Of a stretch of DNA of 64,000 bases, positions 14,468 to 28,200 are shown in pieces; position 1 is the stretch's first letter; every line of letters starts with the position of its first letter. Where the stretch lies: contig NC_088855.1 in the NCBI RefSeq assembly GCF_963853765.1, positions 59,706,001 through 59,770,000 of the forward strand, read 5' to 3'. Made by a program: the position numbers and the translations under genes. This DNA comes from Magallana gigas (Eukaryota). The notes beneath the pieces were generated by a model, which did no database searches, was not told the DNA's origin, and worked only from the letters and a program-made list of their open reading frames with translations.

Positions 14468-16219
14468 AATCTATATATTTTTTAATGAATGGAATGTCAA
14501 TCAATATAATCCTGTTTAAGGCCTATTAAGATATTTGGCTCTGATAAATCGTGTCACAATGGGTGAACCTCACAATGGACTACCTTACAATTATAACGAC
14601 AATGTTGTGTGTCTTTGGACAGGTACGGCATCATCTGGACAGATTTATATCAAATCATGGAACAGAACACACTGAATAAAACTAGAAAACATGTAAACGG
14701 GACATACATCAGTCCCAGGCTTTTTACACACCAACACACACACACACCTACCCACATATATAAACATTAAAGGACTGGATGTATACATATGTGAAGTGAT
14801 GGTGTAATATCAATTTTTTAATGAAAGGACACTTCAAGAAGTCAGATTCAAAAGTTGTAAGATCTGTCATCAACTGGATTAATTTAATATCACACAGTGT
14901 CTCTGTGGTCACTTTGAATTGATGAGGATTTTGGCAAGACTACATGTGATTGTCTACTTTTTGAGAGTTTGCTCCCTTGCATCTTAACAACTCTGTAGCA
15001 AATATAGCGAGACATTAAGGTGCCTCACTACACCTTGAAATAGTTTCTCAAATTGGCAGAAAATAACTTGATTATGATAGAAAGCATGATGGATATGAAG
15101 TATACATGTCAAATAGGTGGAAAAATGTTCAATTTTAGATAATAAATGATATTTTCAAAAATGTCATTCAGTAAACATGAACAAAAGCCCAAGGTGACCT
15201 GCAATCACAAGCATGATACTTTAACCACTGAGCTATGACGATACACATCTGAATTGGTTGATACAAACGGTTTTATTAACAAAACATTTAAATAGCCATC
15301 TTGTGACGTAGTGTCTTAAAAAGTATAAGTCTTGGTGTAGTGAAGTACCTTAAAGTGAAAGTGAACCAAAAAGAAATCATAATAAAAAAAGATGAATTGG
15401 ATCAAACTGATACAATAACTTGTTACTAACTAGATAAAACCAATCAATTAGAAAGGTGATTTCAACATTCATAAACAAGAAACTTAAAACAAGATCTACA
15501 ATCAAATATTTCCAATGCTAGTTTTTAAGAAATTCATTCTAGTACCGAGTGGAGCTATATACATAATATCACAGTCCACTTGGCATTGATTTATAACGCT
15601 TATTTACAGCTAAATCCTGGCTCAAATTCTACCTCAGTTTCTATAGCAAAAGCTCAATTTACTTTTTATCAGCTCTTGTCTGATTAATTTCTTTGCAGCA
15701 CCTAGCCTGATTTACTTTTTTAAGTATCTAGTTGAAGCATTCTTTTTGAGAACTTGCTATTTTAGAAGAAATAACACTAAATTCTGATGTTGATGATTTT
15801 TACAATGAGTATGAAAACTTGATTTAAAAAAACTTTCATTTTCCTAAGATTCATATAAAAAAATGAGAAATTAAAGTACAGTGTTTAAAAACTATATGGG
15901 CGGTAATACCCACAGACTGGATGGACATTGCAGACCATAGTGTTCACAAATATGATTTACAAGCATCTAAACACTCCTTGGTATGAAATTATCTTACAAG
16001 GCACAAATATACAATAAAATGAAATGATTCAAGTTTTGGCACATCTTTACACCGATCACAGAAATTGACATTGTCCATAAGGTTCTTAAGTCAGAAAAAA
16101 AAAATCACTATATTACCAAAAATCCAGTTGTCTGATTAGAAACACTCTGAGGTATGTTCCAAACAAACAAAGGGATCAGACTTTGACCTTGACCTTGGAT
16201 TTCACCTGACCTTCAGAGG

Positions 16220-19200
16220 TCACTCTCTCTTTGCCTCTTGATCCTCTGACTCTCCCTGGAGGTTCTCTGCCCCTGGGTTGTAGTAGGCGGGGCTGGATTC
16301 CTGAACAAACTCTTCCCTGGGGGTGGGGAGGGTGGGACTAGGGATGAAGTCCTCGTCTAGATCTTCAAGGTCAGCATTGGGGCGACTTCGGCGCCGGAGT
16401 TCCGTCATGGTGTGAATGGTCTGGTCCCGGCTATCCTGCTCCTCCTCCAGCCAGCTCTGTTCATACAGGGACATTCTAGTGATAATCTTATTTAAAATAA
16501 TTCATGAATATGCTAAAAATTTATTCTTTTTATAATTATCATTTAAGGCCACATCTTTGCTAGACAAGCAAGAAAATCCATGGTGTCTCTATTCACTCTA
16601 TATAATTTGCTATCGTAGATGTTAAGGCCGTTGAACAGCTGAGTGATGTCACATGGTTATATTACTTATATATTTAATTTGACAGCATTATTTTGAACTT
16701 ATTGGTGACACCTGCATGTACAATAGGGAGAAAATGATAAACATATGCATGTAACTGTACTGCGACACAAAATCTGTCAAAATACGTAAACTCCTAACCT
16801 TGACCTCGTCCCCGTACATCCGGAGGCTGAAATCCATCTTATTGCGGTACCTCTCGCCTCGGTACAAGTAAGGGGTCTGAAATAAGGACACACACAATCT
16901 ATAATAGAGCTCACTGAAAACATGTATTTATCAAACATTTCTACTGTAAAAGTAATCCGTCTTCATGCAAGATTCTAGGTCTGCAAGTACCTGTGTACCA
17001 TACAGAGGGCACTCGATGACTCAATGTTTTATTGTTTGATATATCGGGTATATACCTAGTTCCTTTCACCAGAATATAAATTATTACAATATTGTAAATG
17101 TTGTAAGTATTAATTCATGTACTAGTGTACAAAGTCATTTCTCACTTCTCTATTTCTGAATTGATCAGTCTAACATTAAGTAACTATAAAAAGACAACAA
17201 GCGATGAAAACAATCACAAATACACTTAACTTGTTTACCAATATTTAAGATACATCTTAATTACCTGTTAACGAGTTCTACCAGTACTTTTTACCTGTAG
17301 ATCGGTGGAGTCCTTCTGGAGAGCGATCAATCCACCGGTCCATTTATAGTCATCGTTCTCACACATGATCTTCTCCTCATCACTCAGGTAAACGTGTGCT
17401 GTCTGTTTAGCATGGTCTGAGACACAAATTCACAATTTCAGTGTTATCATATTTATTGTTATTATTTATTATTTATTGGCTGACCAAAAAAGCTTTCCAA
17501 GAAGGTAAGGAAAATTAAGGCAAAAACCTCAATTTTAAAGTATTTGGAATCATGAAAGATTTTTAAAATCATAAATTTTTGCCAAAAAAGTTGATAAGGA
17601 AAATTAGGCAAATGCCTAGGTTCTTAAATATCTGGAATCACTTATTTTGAACCATGAACGATTTTAAAATCAAAAAGTTTTGCCAGACTATCTGACTGAC
17701 ATAAGCCAAGGACTGAACTTCGTTATCCTACATGATTGTGATGTAACAAAACACAACACAGACATTTTTAAGTGTTGTCATTTTGTGACAAGAAGGTTGT
17801 CAATATAGGGCAAAATAGATTGATTAATTCACCATCAATGTCGTCCAGTTTGAGTTTCCTTCTGTACTGAATACGGAATAAAAACAGCTCCAGGATGAAC
17901 GCAACAACAATCGTCATGACAACCTACAAAAGATAAAGAGCTAGCTGGGATAACAATAACATTGTTATATTAAAAACTTAAAATAATTTAAACTGACAGT
18001 TGCTGCTCATATTTATCCAGGTGTATTGAGGATAAGATAAACTGTATATTCCTAATTGACCACGAGGAAGAAATCGCGAAAGGCACCCTTCGCGGATTTT
18101 TAAATCTTGCTTTTATTTTCTAAGAGTTAAAAACTATAAGAAATAAGGATAGAAATTCCGGGATTGCGATTTTATATTCTCGCGATTTGATCCGAAACCG
18201 CTGGATTGCGGAATTAAGTACTTGCGTAATAAAAGGAATTTACAGTAGGATTGCTACATGTAATATTAACAAGGATAATCTTCTTGTCCAGATGGTGATA
18301 GTAATAAAGTCTTGTCAACATCACACAATACAGGATGTCTTAGAAGAACATAATAATAGGTACATGTATCTAGTCCTAGTCTCTTACCATCATCACAATG
18401 TAAAACGTCATAAAGAAGACCCGCGATACTTCTCCTATATGATGTGCAAAGCCATCCTATAAATACCAGGAAAAAAGAACATCATGTTATATTGTCGAAA
18501 TGCATGTCACATTCATTTTTAATTTGCAAAAATAAAAAATATTTACATATGAATTGAAATTTCAAAATATAACTTACGAAAACAAAATTTTTGAACAAAT
18601 GTGCTTCATTTTTGCAAAATTTGTAATATACAAAAATACAGCACATACAGTTATTAACATGTCTATGTTTCCACGTACACAGTAAGTAACAAAATTCCAA
18701 CATTCCAAAACACTGAATAAAAAAGATGTGATTTTTTTCAGGTAAAGATCATTTGAAACATCCTGTAAATTTTAATGATTCTCTATATGATACTCTTATA
18801 TAGAGAACTATGAAGTGATATACCATGATAATGAAGTGATTACATACCATGATAAAGTGAAGTGACTATGTAACATGATGTAATGAAGTGACCACATACC
18901 ATGATGTAATGAAGTGACTACGTACCATGATATAATGAAGTGACTATATACCATGATATAATGAAGTGACTATATAATATACTGTAATGAAGTGACTATG
19001 TGCCATGATATAAGGAAGTGACTATATACCATACTGTAATATAGTGACTATGTGCCATGATATAAGGAAGTGACTATATACCATACTGTAATATAGTGAC
19101 TATGTGCCATGATATAAGGAAGTGACTATATACCATACTGTAATATAGTGACTATGTGCCATGATATAAGGAAGTGACTATATACCATACTGTAATGAAG

Positions 19201-22200
19201 TGACTATGTGCCATGTTATATTAAAGTGACTATATACCATACTGTAATATAGTGACTATGTGCCATGATATAAGGAAGTGACTATATACCATACTGTAAT
19301 ATAGTGACTATGTGCCATGATATAAGGAAGTGACTATGTGCCATGATATAAGGAAGTGACTATATACCATACTGTAATGAAGTGACTACGTACCATGATA
19401 TAATGAAGTGACTATATACCATACTGTAATGAAGTGACTACGTACCATGATATAATGAAGTGACTATATACCATACTGTAATGAAGTGACTACATACCAT
19501 GATGTAATGAAGTGACTACATACCATGATATATTGAAGTGACTATATACCATACTGTAATGAAGTGACTATGTACCATGATATAATGAAGTGACTATATA
19601 CCATACTGTAATGAAGTGACTATGTGCCATGATATAAGGAAGTGACTATATACCATACTGTAATATAGTGACTACGTACCATGATATAATGAAGTGACTA
19701 TATACCATACTATAATATAGTGACTATGTGCCATGATATAAGGAAGTGACTATATACCATACTGTAATGAAGTGACTATGTGCCATGATATAATGAAGTG
19801 ACTATATACCATACTGTAATATAGTGACTATGTGCCATGATATAAGGAAGTGACTATATACCATACTGTAATGAAGTGACTATGTGCCATGATATAATGA
19901 AGTGACTATATACCATACTGTAATATAGATATCATGTGCCATGATTTAAGGAAGTGACTACATACCTGTATAATGAAGTGATTACATAACATGATATAAT
20001 GAAGTGACTATGTACCATGATAATGAAGTGACTATATACCATACTGTAATGAAGTGACTATGTGCCATGATATAATGAAGGAACTATATACAGTCGGTTC
20101 AAGAACATCTTTTACAACATACACCATAGCATTGCATAGCATTGAAATCTCATACCATAGAAAACAATCTCATAGAATCGCATCCGGCATATCATACCAT
20201 AGCATAGCATACAATATTATTTTAACTGGGTTTTAAATGTTTTTATATGAAAAAAAATAAATGTTAACATTATAGATTTGTCATTAACTTTGGCTTCTAA
20301 TTATTTTACTTCGAAATATGTAGAACTCTTCTGTGTTTTTTTTCAAATCTCATAGCATACCATAGCATAGCATAGCATACCATATCATTAAGCCCTTCAT
20401 TTCAATTTCTCATAGCATAGCATACAATTCTCATAGCATAGCATACAAATCTCATAGCATATCATTAAAATCGCATACCATAGCATAGCATACAATTGTA
20501 AAAGATATGCATGAAATGACTGTACCATGATATAATGAAGTGACTACATACCATGATATAATGAAGTGACTACATACCATGATAATGAAGTGACTACGTA
20601 CCATGATATAATGAAGTGACTACATACCATGATAATGAAGCGACTATTTACAATGATGTAATGAAGCGACTACATACCTTGATAATGAAGTAACTATTCA
20701 CCCTGATGTAATAAAGTGACTACATACCATGATATAATGAAGTGATAACTTAACATGATATAATGAAGTGACTATGTACCATGCTGTCATGAAGTGACCA
20801 TGTACCATGCTAATGAACTGACTATGTATCATGATATAATGAAGTGACTACATACTATGATATAATGAAGTGATAACTAAAGATGATATAATGAAGGGAC
20901 TATGTACCATGATGTAATGTAGTTACTATGTACCATGATATAATGAAGTAACTACATACCATGATGTAATGAAGTTACTACATACCATGATGTAATGAAG
21001 TGACTACATACCATGATATAATGAAGTGACTATATACCATACTGTAATATAGTGACTATGTACCATGATATAATGAAGTGACTATATACCATGCTGTAAT
21101 GAAATGACTATGTGCCATGATATAATGAACTGACTACATACCATGATAATGAACCAGTTGTTAACCACGGTCAGCTCAAACAGCGTCACTGTCAAAATAA
21201 GCACAATCATTAACAGTGTTCAATAGAAACCTATTGATAAAACTATTTCACTTAAGGTATCCGATCCATAATAGCCTCAGATTCAATGAATCTGGCTGCA
21301 TAACAGATATGTATGGGCTTAACACTCTTGAACAAATTGTTCCTATAATTTAAGTATCAATATGTAAGTGTGGAATGTGTCCTAATTAATGACCTTTTCC
21401 TTTTTCTTAAGAGTTGTCCCCCTTTGCTTTATTCTATAAAAATTAATTCTAAAAAAATCTACACGGAATAAAATTTATTTTCAATAGTTTTTGTATTCCC
21501 ATTGATAAAATACATCTTTCCACCAAAACATTTTTTAATATTCCTAGTAATTACTTTTTTATCTTAAAAAATGTGCTTGTCTCCATAGACCTTAATGCAA
21601 ATCTTTATTAATTAATTACTGCTTAATTAATAATATTTTTGAAAATTTCTCTCGGTAAATCTTTTTCTACAGTAACTCTTAAATGCTTTAAATGAATATC
21701 AAAGTATTAAATACATGATGAATATTCAAGGTTGGAAAAATTTGGTCCTAATATGGATCGGATACCTTAAATCAAAGTTTTAGGCTTCTAAAAAATTTAC
21801 ATATCCCCCATAGTGAGCATCTTAAAAGTGACATGGACATGTTTTAAAATCAAATTTATATAATTCCATTTTGACTTATTACATTTCACTGATTTACATG
21901 TATTGCTAATGGATAGCCAAAACTTCAACGTCAGTTGTTGAGGTTGATTATTTTAAGGACTGGTCTATGAATACAGGGACTTTGATACTACCTACCCCCG
22001 GAGACCATGAAACCTACCCCCAGAGACCATGAAACCTACCCCCGGAGATCATGATGTTGCTGAAGTCGTTCAGATAGTAGTAGCCCTGTGTTCTGCTGTC
22101 ATTGGTGAAGCGGTAGAAGTCCTCTACGCTTGTGTTTCTACAAAACAAATTCAAAACAAACCTTAACAAACCATTGCTCGACCGATAGAAGTCTTCCACA

Positions 22201-25200
22201 TTTAAGTTTCTACAAATATTATTAAATAATGAAACTTCAACTGAATACCTATACATGTATTAGATAAAGGCCTATCAATGTACGACATCCATGCAAAATC
22301 TGTTGCAAGTCATACGTGAACTCCACGATCATTGACTATGTAACAATGTATAACAATCCCATAATACTTAAAATAAGTAGATGTTTTTCATACTAATTCA
22401 ATAAAATTCAATTTACAATTATGAACAATCACTAAAAGGGGCATTTTTGTCAGAGAAATTCCCTGAACTGAAAACTTGCTTACTACTTATTGCTCCAGTA
22501 TGGATGACTTACTTGCAGCAGTTCTTGAGATCTACATAAAGGAAGCACTCCATGCCGACAATGGCAAAGAAATAGTACACCAACATTATGACAACCACCA
22601 GGCTGAAACCAAAGGTCAAGGTCAAGTTAAAACTAACACACAAACAACTATACAAACCCATTTTATTCATGTTCTCTTCAGATTTCAGAAATCTTTTTAA
22701 GAAACTGTAGATTTATCAAGTACATTTTTATGTTTGTGTGGTTTTTACACTGATTTACATGGATATTGGTAACCAATAGCAACAGTGAGCTGTGAACAGT
22801 CGGTAACCTTACCTGATGAGTCTGGAGAAGAGAACGAACAATGTCCCCAACACGTCCCGGTAACTCCGCTTGACCTTGAACAGTCTGTGCATACAATGGA
22901 CAGAGAATTGGAAACCAGTGAGATTTAGTTACAGGAAAGAATGAATCAAAATTTCAAAAATTTGATGTCAGAGCAATACATGTACTTGTCAATAAATCTA
23001 TCTGACACATAGTATTTATTCATGAAACCATGTAACAAAGTTGATGCTATTCATCCAATTGACAATAACAATTTCTAATTGATAAATCCCTAATATCTTG
23101 ATGCAAACATGTGAGAGTGATATCAGTATATACTAGTATATTTTGATCCTCGAAGTTAAGAGATATCTGCAGCTGTTATATCTTGATATTAGTAATCTTT
23201 AAAATGAAAACAGTAATGACAAAATTTTGTGCTGGTAATAAAGTAATTTATCTGCATTAATTACCGCAGTAGTCTGAATGGGCGGAGTACAGTGATGTAG
23301 AAGAATGAGTCGTTGAAGTACTCGCCCAGTAATCCTACCACGCTGGTCATTGTCACCAGGAAGTCAAACCTACAACAGACCGACAACGTTACTATTAATA
23401 ACACCATCAGTACTCGCCCAGTAATCCTACCACGCTGGTCACCGTCACCAGGAAGTCAAACCTACAACAGACCGACAGCTTTACTTTTAATAATGGACGA
23501 TCACTGGACAACGTTACTATTAATAATGGACGATCACTGGACAACGTTACTATTAATAATGGACGATCACTGGACAACGTTACTATTAATAATGGACGAT
23601 CACTGGACAACGTTACTATTAATCATGGAGGATCACTGGTCAACGTTACTATTAATCATGGAGGATCACTGGTCAACGTTACTATTAATAATGGACGATC
23701 ACTGGACAACGTTACTATTAATCATGGAGGATCACTGGACAACGTTACTATTAATCATGGACGATCACTGGTCAACGTTACTATTAATCATGGACGATCA
23801 CTGGTCAACGTTACTATTAATAACACCATTACCATCAACAATGGACGTTCAAACAGATATATAGCAGTAGAATCCTACTTCAATGTGAGGAATTAATATC
23901 TGTGTCAGATCAAGTGAAGCCATTGCAGATATCAAGATCTTGCTTTTAATTTCCTGACAGTGAAAGCTATGTGAAATTATTATAACATTTTGTGTTTGCA
24001 ATTCTATATTCTTATTGTTTATGTAGTAGATTGACCCTGAATTAAGTGCTCACAGAAGCTACTGCTGTAACACATGTAAACCCTTTATCAGAATACTTCA
24101 AAACGATACTCACAAATCCCAACCGGTTGTAAAATATTCTACTGGACCTTTGCCAAGAATTTTAATGGAAGCTTCTAAAGTGTATACTGAAAGAATCGTG
24201 GATAAGGTATGTTAGATACATCCAAAAAACAAATTACATTCATGTTTTATTAAATATGACTGATCTGTCAACATTTATATTTTCTTTGTATATAATCTAC
24301 ATGAAAATATCATAGGAAAAACAAAGAGACTTACTGCATATAAAAATAATGGAAGCCCAGGTAATTGTAAAGTTGTAGTGCTTAACATCAATATTCTCCC
24401 CTTAAAAACAAAAACAGATCATTTTTACACATTGCACTGCACTGTCCAATGTAACTATATGATCACCCAAGTCTTTCCTACCTATTCTTACACTGCCTAC
24501 TCTGTCATTAGAGCGTTTACTATCCATTGCTTAACTCTCAGATCTTTCTTATTTTATACAGTGAGCTCGCTAATGTTAAAAAATCTTCTCTCACAGCATT
24601 CTGCTAACTTTTTCTTACCCTAACCGCTACTCTTTGTGACCTTTTCTTTCCTTGACCTCTACTTTAAATAACCTTTCCTCTCCTTGACTTCGCTCTCTAT
24701 GACACATCTTTCCATGACCTCTACTTGACACTACCATTTCTGTCCTTGACCTCTACATTCCCTGATCTTTTTATATCCTTGACATCTACTCTCCATGACA
24801 TTTTTTGTCCTTGACCTTTATTTTCCTTGACCTTTACATTCTTCAACCTATTTAAACTTCCTCTAACCTTCACTTACGTGAGAGAGAAATAGTCTCCTCT
24901 AAGATCCAAGCAAAATTGACAGCAATTACCAAGTCTGGAAAAATCAGTGAGTTCATGTACATGTATTTGTCAAAAAGATCTGTATCTAACATCCTCAAAT
25001 TATCCAGTGTACAAAAAATAGTAAAAACTTTATCTTCATATGAACAATTACGTTGACAGTTAATAGGCATACACTGGCAACAGACATATCTTTGATTGGT
25101 TTTAGATGATCAGTATTGTTTTTATGATTTTTTTTAGGGTTTGGTTAAATTTAAAATTTGAAATTCATGTACAGGTTATAAGCTGCAAAACGTAAACTCT

Positions 25201-28200
25201 ATCAATAAGTGTCCAGGAAGCATTCCTGGATCTATGCTGGTCTCAAGAAGACCAAGGCATTAGGCATTTTTTCCAACAGAACTTCAGTCCTGGTTATGCT
25301 TCAGAATCATTTTATCTCTCATTAGACTTTTAGTCCAAGTTTATATAAATTATAATCTTATCAAACAATACTTACATATGAATCCTTCAAAACCTCGCCA
25401 GTTGACAAATTCATTCAGTTCTACAGATGAAAAATAAAATCCAGAAGTTAAAAAGATTTTAATCAATGTCCATCGGGTAAGAGTACATGTCATTGAAACA
25501 CTTTCATCATTTTTGGCCAAAACTTTTCAAATTGAAGTTTAAAATAGAATTTAACTCATTTTTCAATTTCATAAAATGAAAAAATGAAAAATGAGTTATT
25601 CATCTTTGCAAAACAGAAATAAAATTTATCTGCATGTGGCAGCATTTGGCCTAATGTGACAAAGCCTGAAAACTAACAATTCATTTTATTGATCTATCTA
25701 TAACTTGTATTGATCTGAACTGCTTTATCGCTTTTCATTGTTCTTATAGAAACTTTCAAAGGTTGATCCCATTTCATATATCAAAAGTTTGCATAATATA
25801 CATTATATATTACTGAAAATGCCCCTCTCACCCCTTCTCTCGATAATGAACCATATACTTCAAAGAATACCAATAAGAGAGCCTAAAATTGACTATAAAG
25901 TTAACAAGGACAAGTTTAAGTGATGAATGCTTAACTTTTACTATGAAAAGAGCTACTGTATGCAGGGATATATATTGATAGGGTCATTGGCCACAAATCT
26001 ATGTATCCTTGGAACTGTGATTTTCACTTTATTCACGAAAATTGATAATGAAACCACAGTAGGTGTTATGTCATCACTTACTGGTACTCTATAACCATTA
26101 AACTATTTCAATGACAAACTAGCATATCACTGACATACCCTTTTTTTGTTTATAATTTTCTAATCACCCAGGGCATTTCATGAGGTTAAATATACTTTAA
26201 CAATTACTGTCAACTAACTTAAGAAAACACTTACTTTTGAAAATGAAGTTGAATGGATATCTGAAATTTGATGACCAAATCTTGAACTCCTCCTGTTTTG
26301 GCTAAAATATGATTACATATAAATAGAATCAAGATTTCATTGAGTTTATTTCAGTGCATAGAAATAACACACACATAATGTTTGATTAGCAGATATCTGA
26401 ATGACAGTCAAATCAATTCATTAATGCCAATAAAGCATGGCAGAATTACTCCTGGGAGCCTCAATACCCTAATCTCTACATAAATTCCTGTAAGTATATA
26501 AAACCAATAAACTGTTGGATCCTGAGGGTGTTAGAGATTGGAGACTGACCTGCCACTGAAGGTCAAGGACACTGTACACGCCGTAGAACTCCTCCATACT
26601 GAGACGACCCGACCGCGACTTGTTCAGCGTCTTAAAGATCAGGTAGGCATCTAACCTCTCTATACATAAAACAAACACCACTTTATCATCATGCTATTAG
26701 AAAAAAGTAACTGGAAAAAAAATTGTTCATTCATAATTTCATTCATTGTACATTCATCAATTGTATTCATAATTTTATAGATACTAAGGAGTCTGGGCCA
26801 GTGAGACCTACTTTTTTTGGGTCGGAGGTACCGCAGCATTCCGATAAAGTTCCTGATATTGACTGTGTTAGAATCCTACAAGATAAAAGCATTCAGTCAG
26901 CTTGGTCCTTCAGACACTTGTGTAGAAAAATATTCATATGAGACTAATAATTTTTATGTTCAAGATATAACTGAAATATGAATGAAATATTGTTGTTTCC
27001 TATATAAACCCTAGGAATAGTATCCACTATAATGATAGAAATTTAGCGTTCACAATTTTATGTTCTCACGATTTGATACAATACAGCCGAATAGCAGAAC
27101 TAAGTAATTGGGTAAAATAAGGAATCTACAGTTAATATTAATGACTGTTTTGTATAAAGACTTCTAAGGATCTGTTAGCTATATGTATATATTTTGTAAC
27201 AAAATTATGCAGGCATTCTAAAGGTGCATACCTGTTTTGTAACAAGGAGCTTGAAGGCATGTTGGCAGCCAATCCTCTTGTGAAAATATAACCTCTTTAA
27301 TTTTCTCTTCTCCAGATTTGAAAACGTATCGTACACAACAGCAAGTAGCTACAACAAGGCGATGAATTACTGTGGAGTTTCCTCTTAGGAAAATCATTAA
27401 CATAAAATGGTTTAGCTTTGTCAAATTATGACTTGCATTAAAAGCTGCAATCTGCTTGACATCACTTTTTAAAACTTGTAGAATTTAATGTCATTTATTT
27501 TGGACATTAAATTGTCCTTTTTTTTCACATAATGATAGAAAATAAAACATTAAAAAATTTCTATAAAATACTTAATGAGGCCGGGTCTAATTTGTTCTGA
27601 CCTTAATTTTTGATTGATTTTTTTTTACATGAAAAACTAATGATATAATTATAATTTTAAGATAACAAAAAAAATAAGACATTTACCACACCGTTTGTTT
27701 AAGGGGTCATCTCAAAGTTTGTTAATTTTTAACATAGGACCCATTGGGATTTTGCTTGAAATGTATCAATTTTGCACATTTTTTACATTTTTTTTTAAAC
27801 TTTTGCCCTAAGGATTTCTTTTTCTGTTCTATAATTAAAGTTATTGCTAAAACGCATCAAATGGTCAAATAAAAAAAACCTTTCACCTCCTGGTTTTTTC
27901 CAGGGGTCTTATCAAAGTTGTTTTTTGTATGCCCAATTTCCCAGATTTGTCAGATTATGGCTATATTTTATTTGACAAAGGCGGAAATAGTGATCTTTAT
28001 AGTATTATTAAAACATTCAGACATATTTAAGTAATAAATAAATATATGACATCACATAAGAAGGGTCATTAATATAAAATATATGGTTACTGTCTTGAAA
28101 TATATGAATTAAGCTATATTTAGGCGGGTTAAGAAAATGTGACGGAGGGCTCTTCACGTTTTCGACCCGAGCCCAAATATAGCTTATACATCAAGACATT

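Noticed and set aside
23313-23864. 183-aa + strand ORF with [11 protein letters not shown] repeats
   Set aside because: It is the read-through of a 33-bp intronic minisatellite antisense to TPCN1, with no independent coding evidence.
24640-24877. Degenerate CCTTGACCTCTAC repeats near the exon 14 donor
   Set aside because: Similarity to the junction (CCTTCACTTAC) is too weak to count as another splice-site-seeded repeat.
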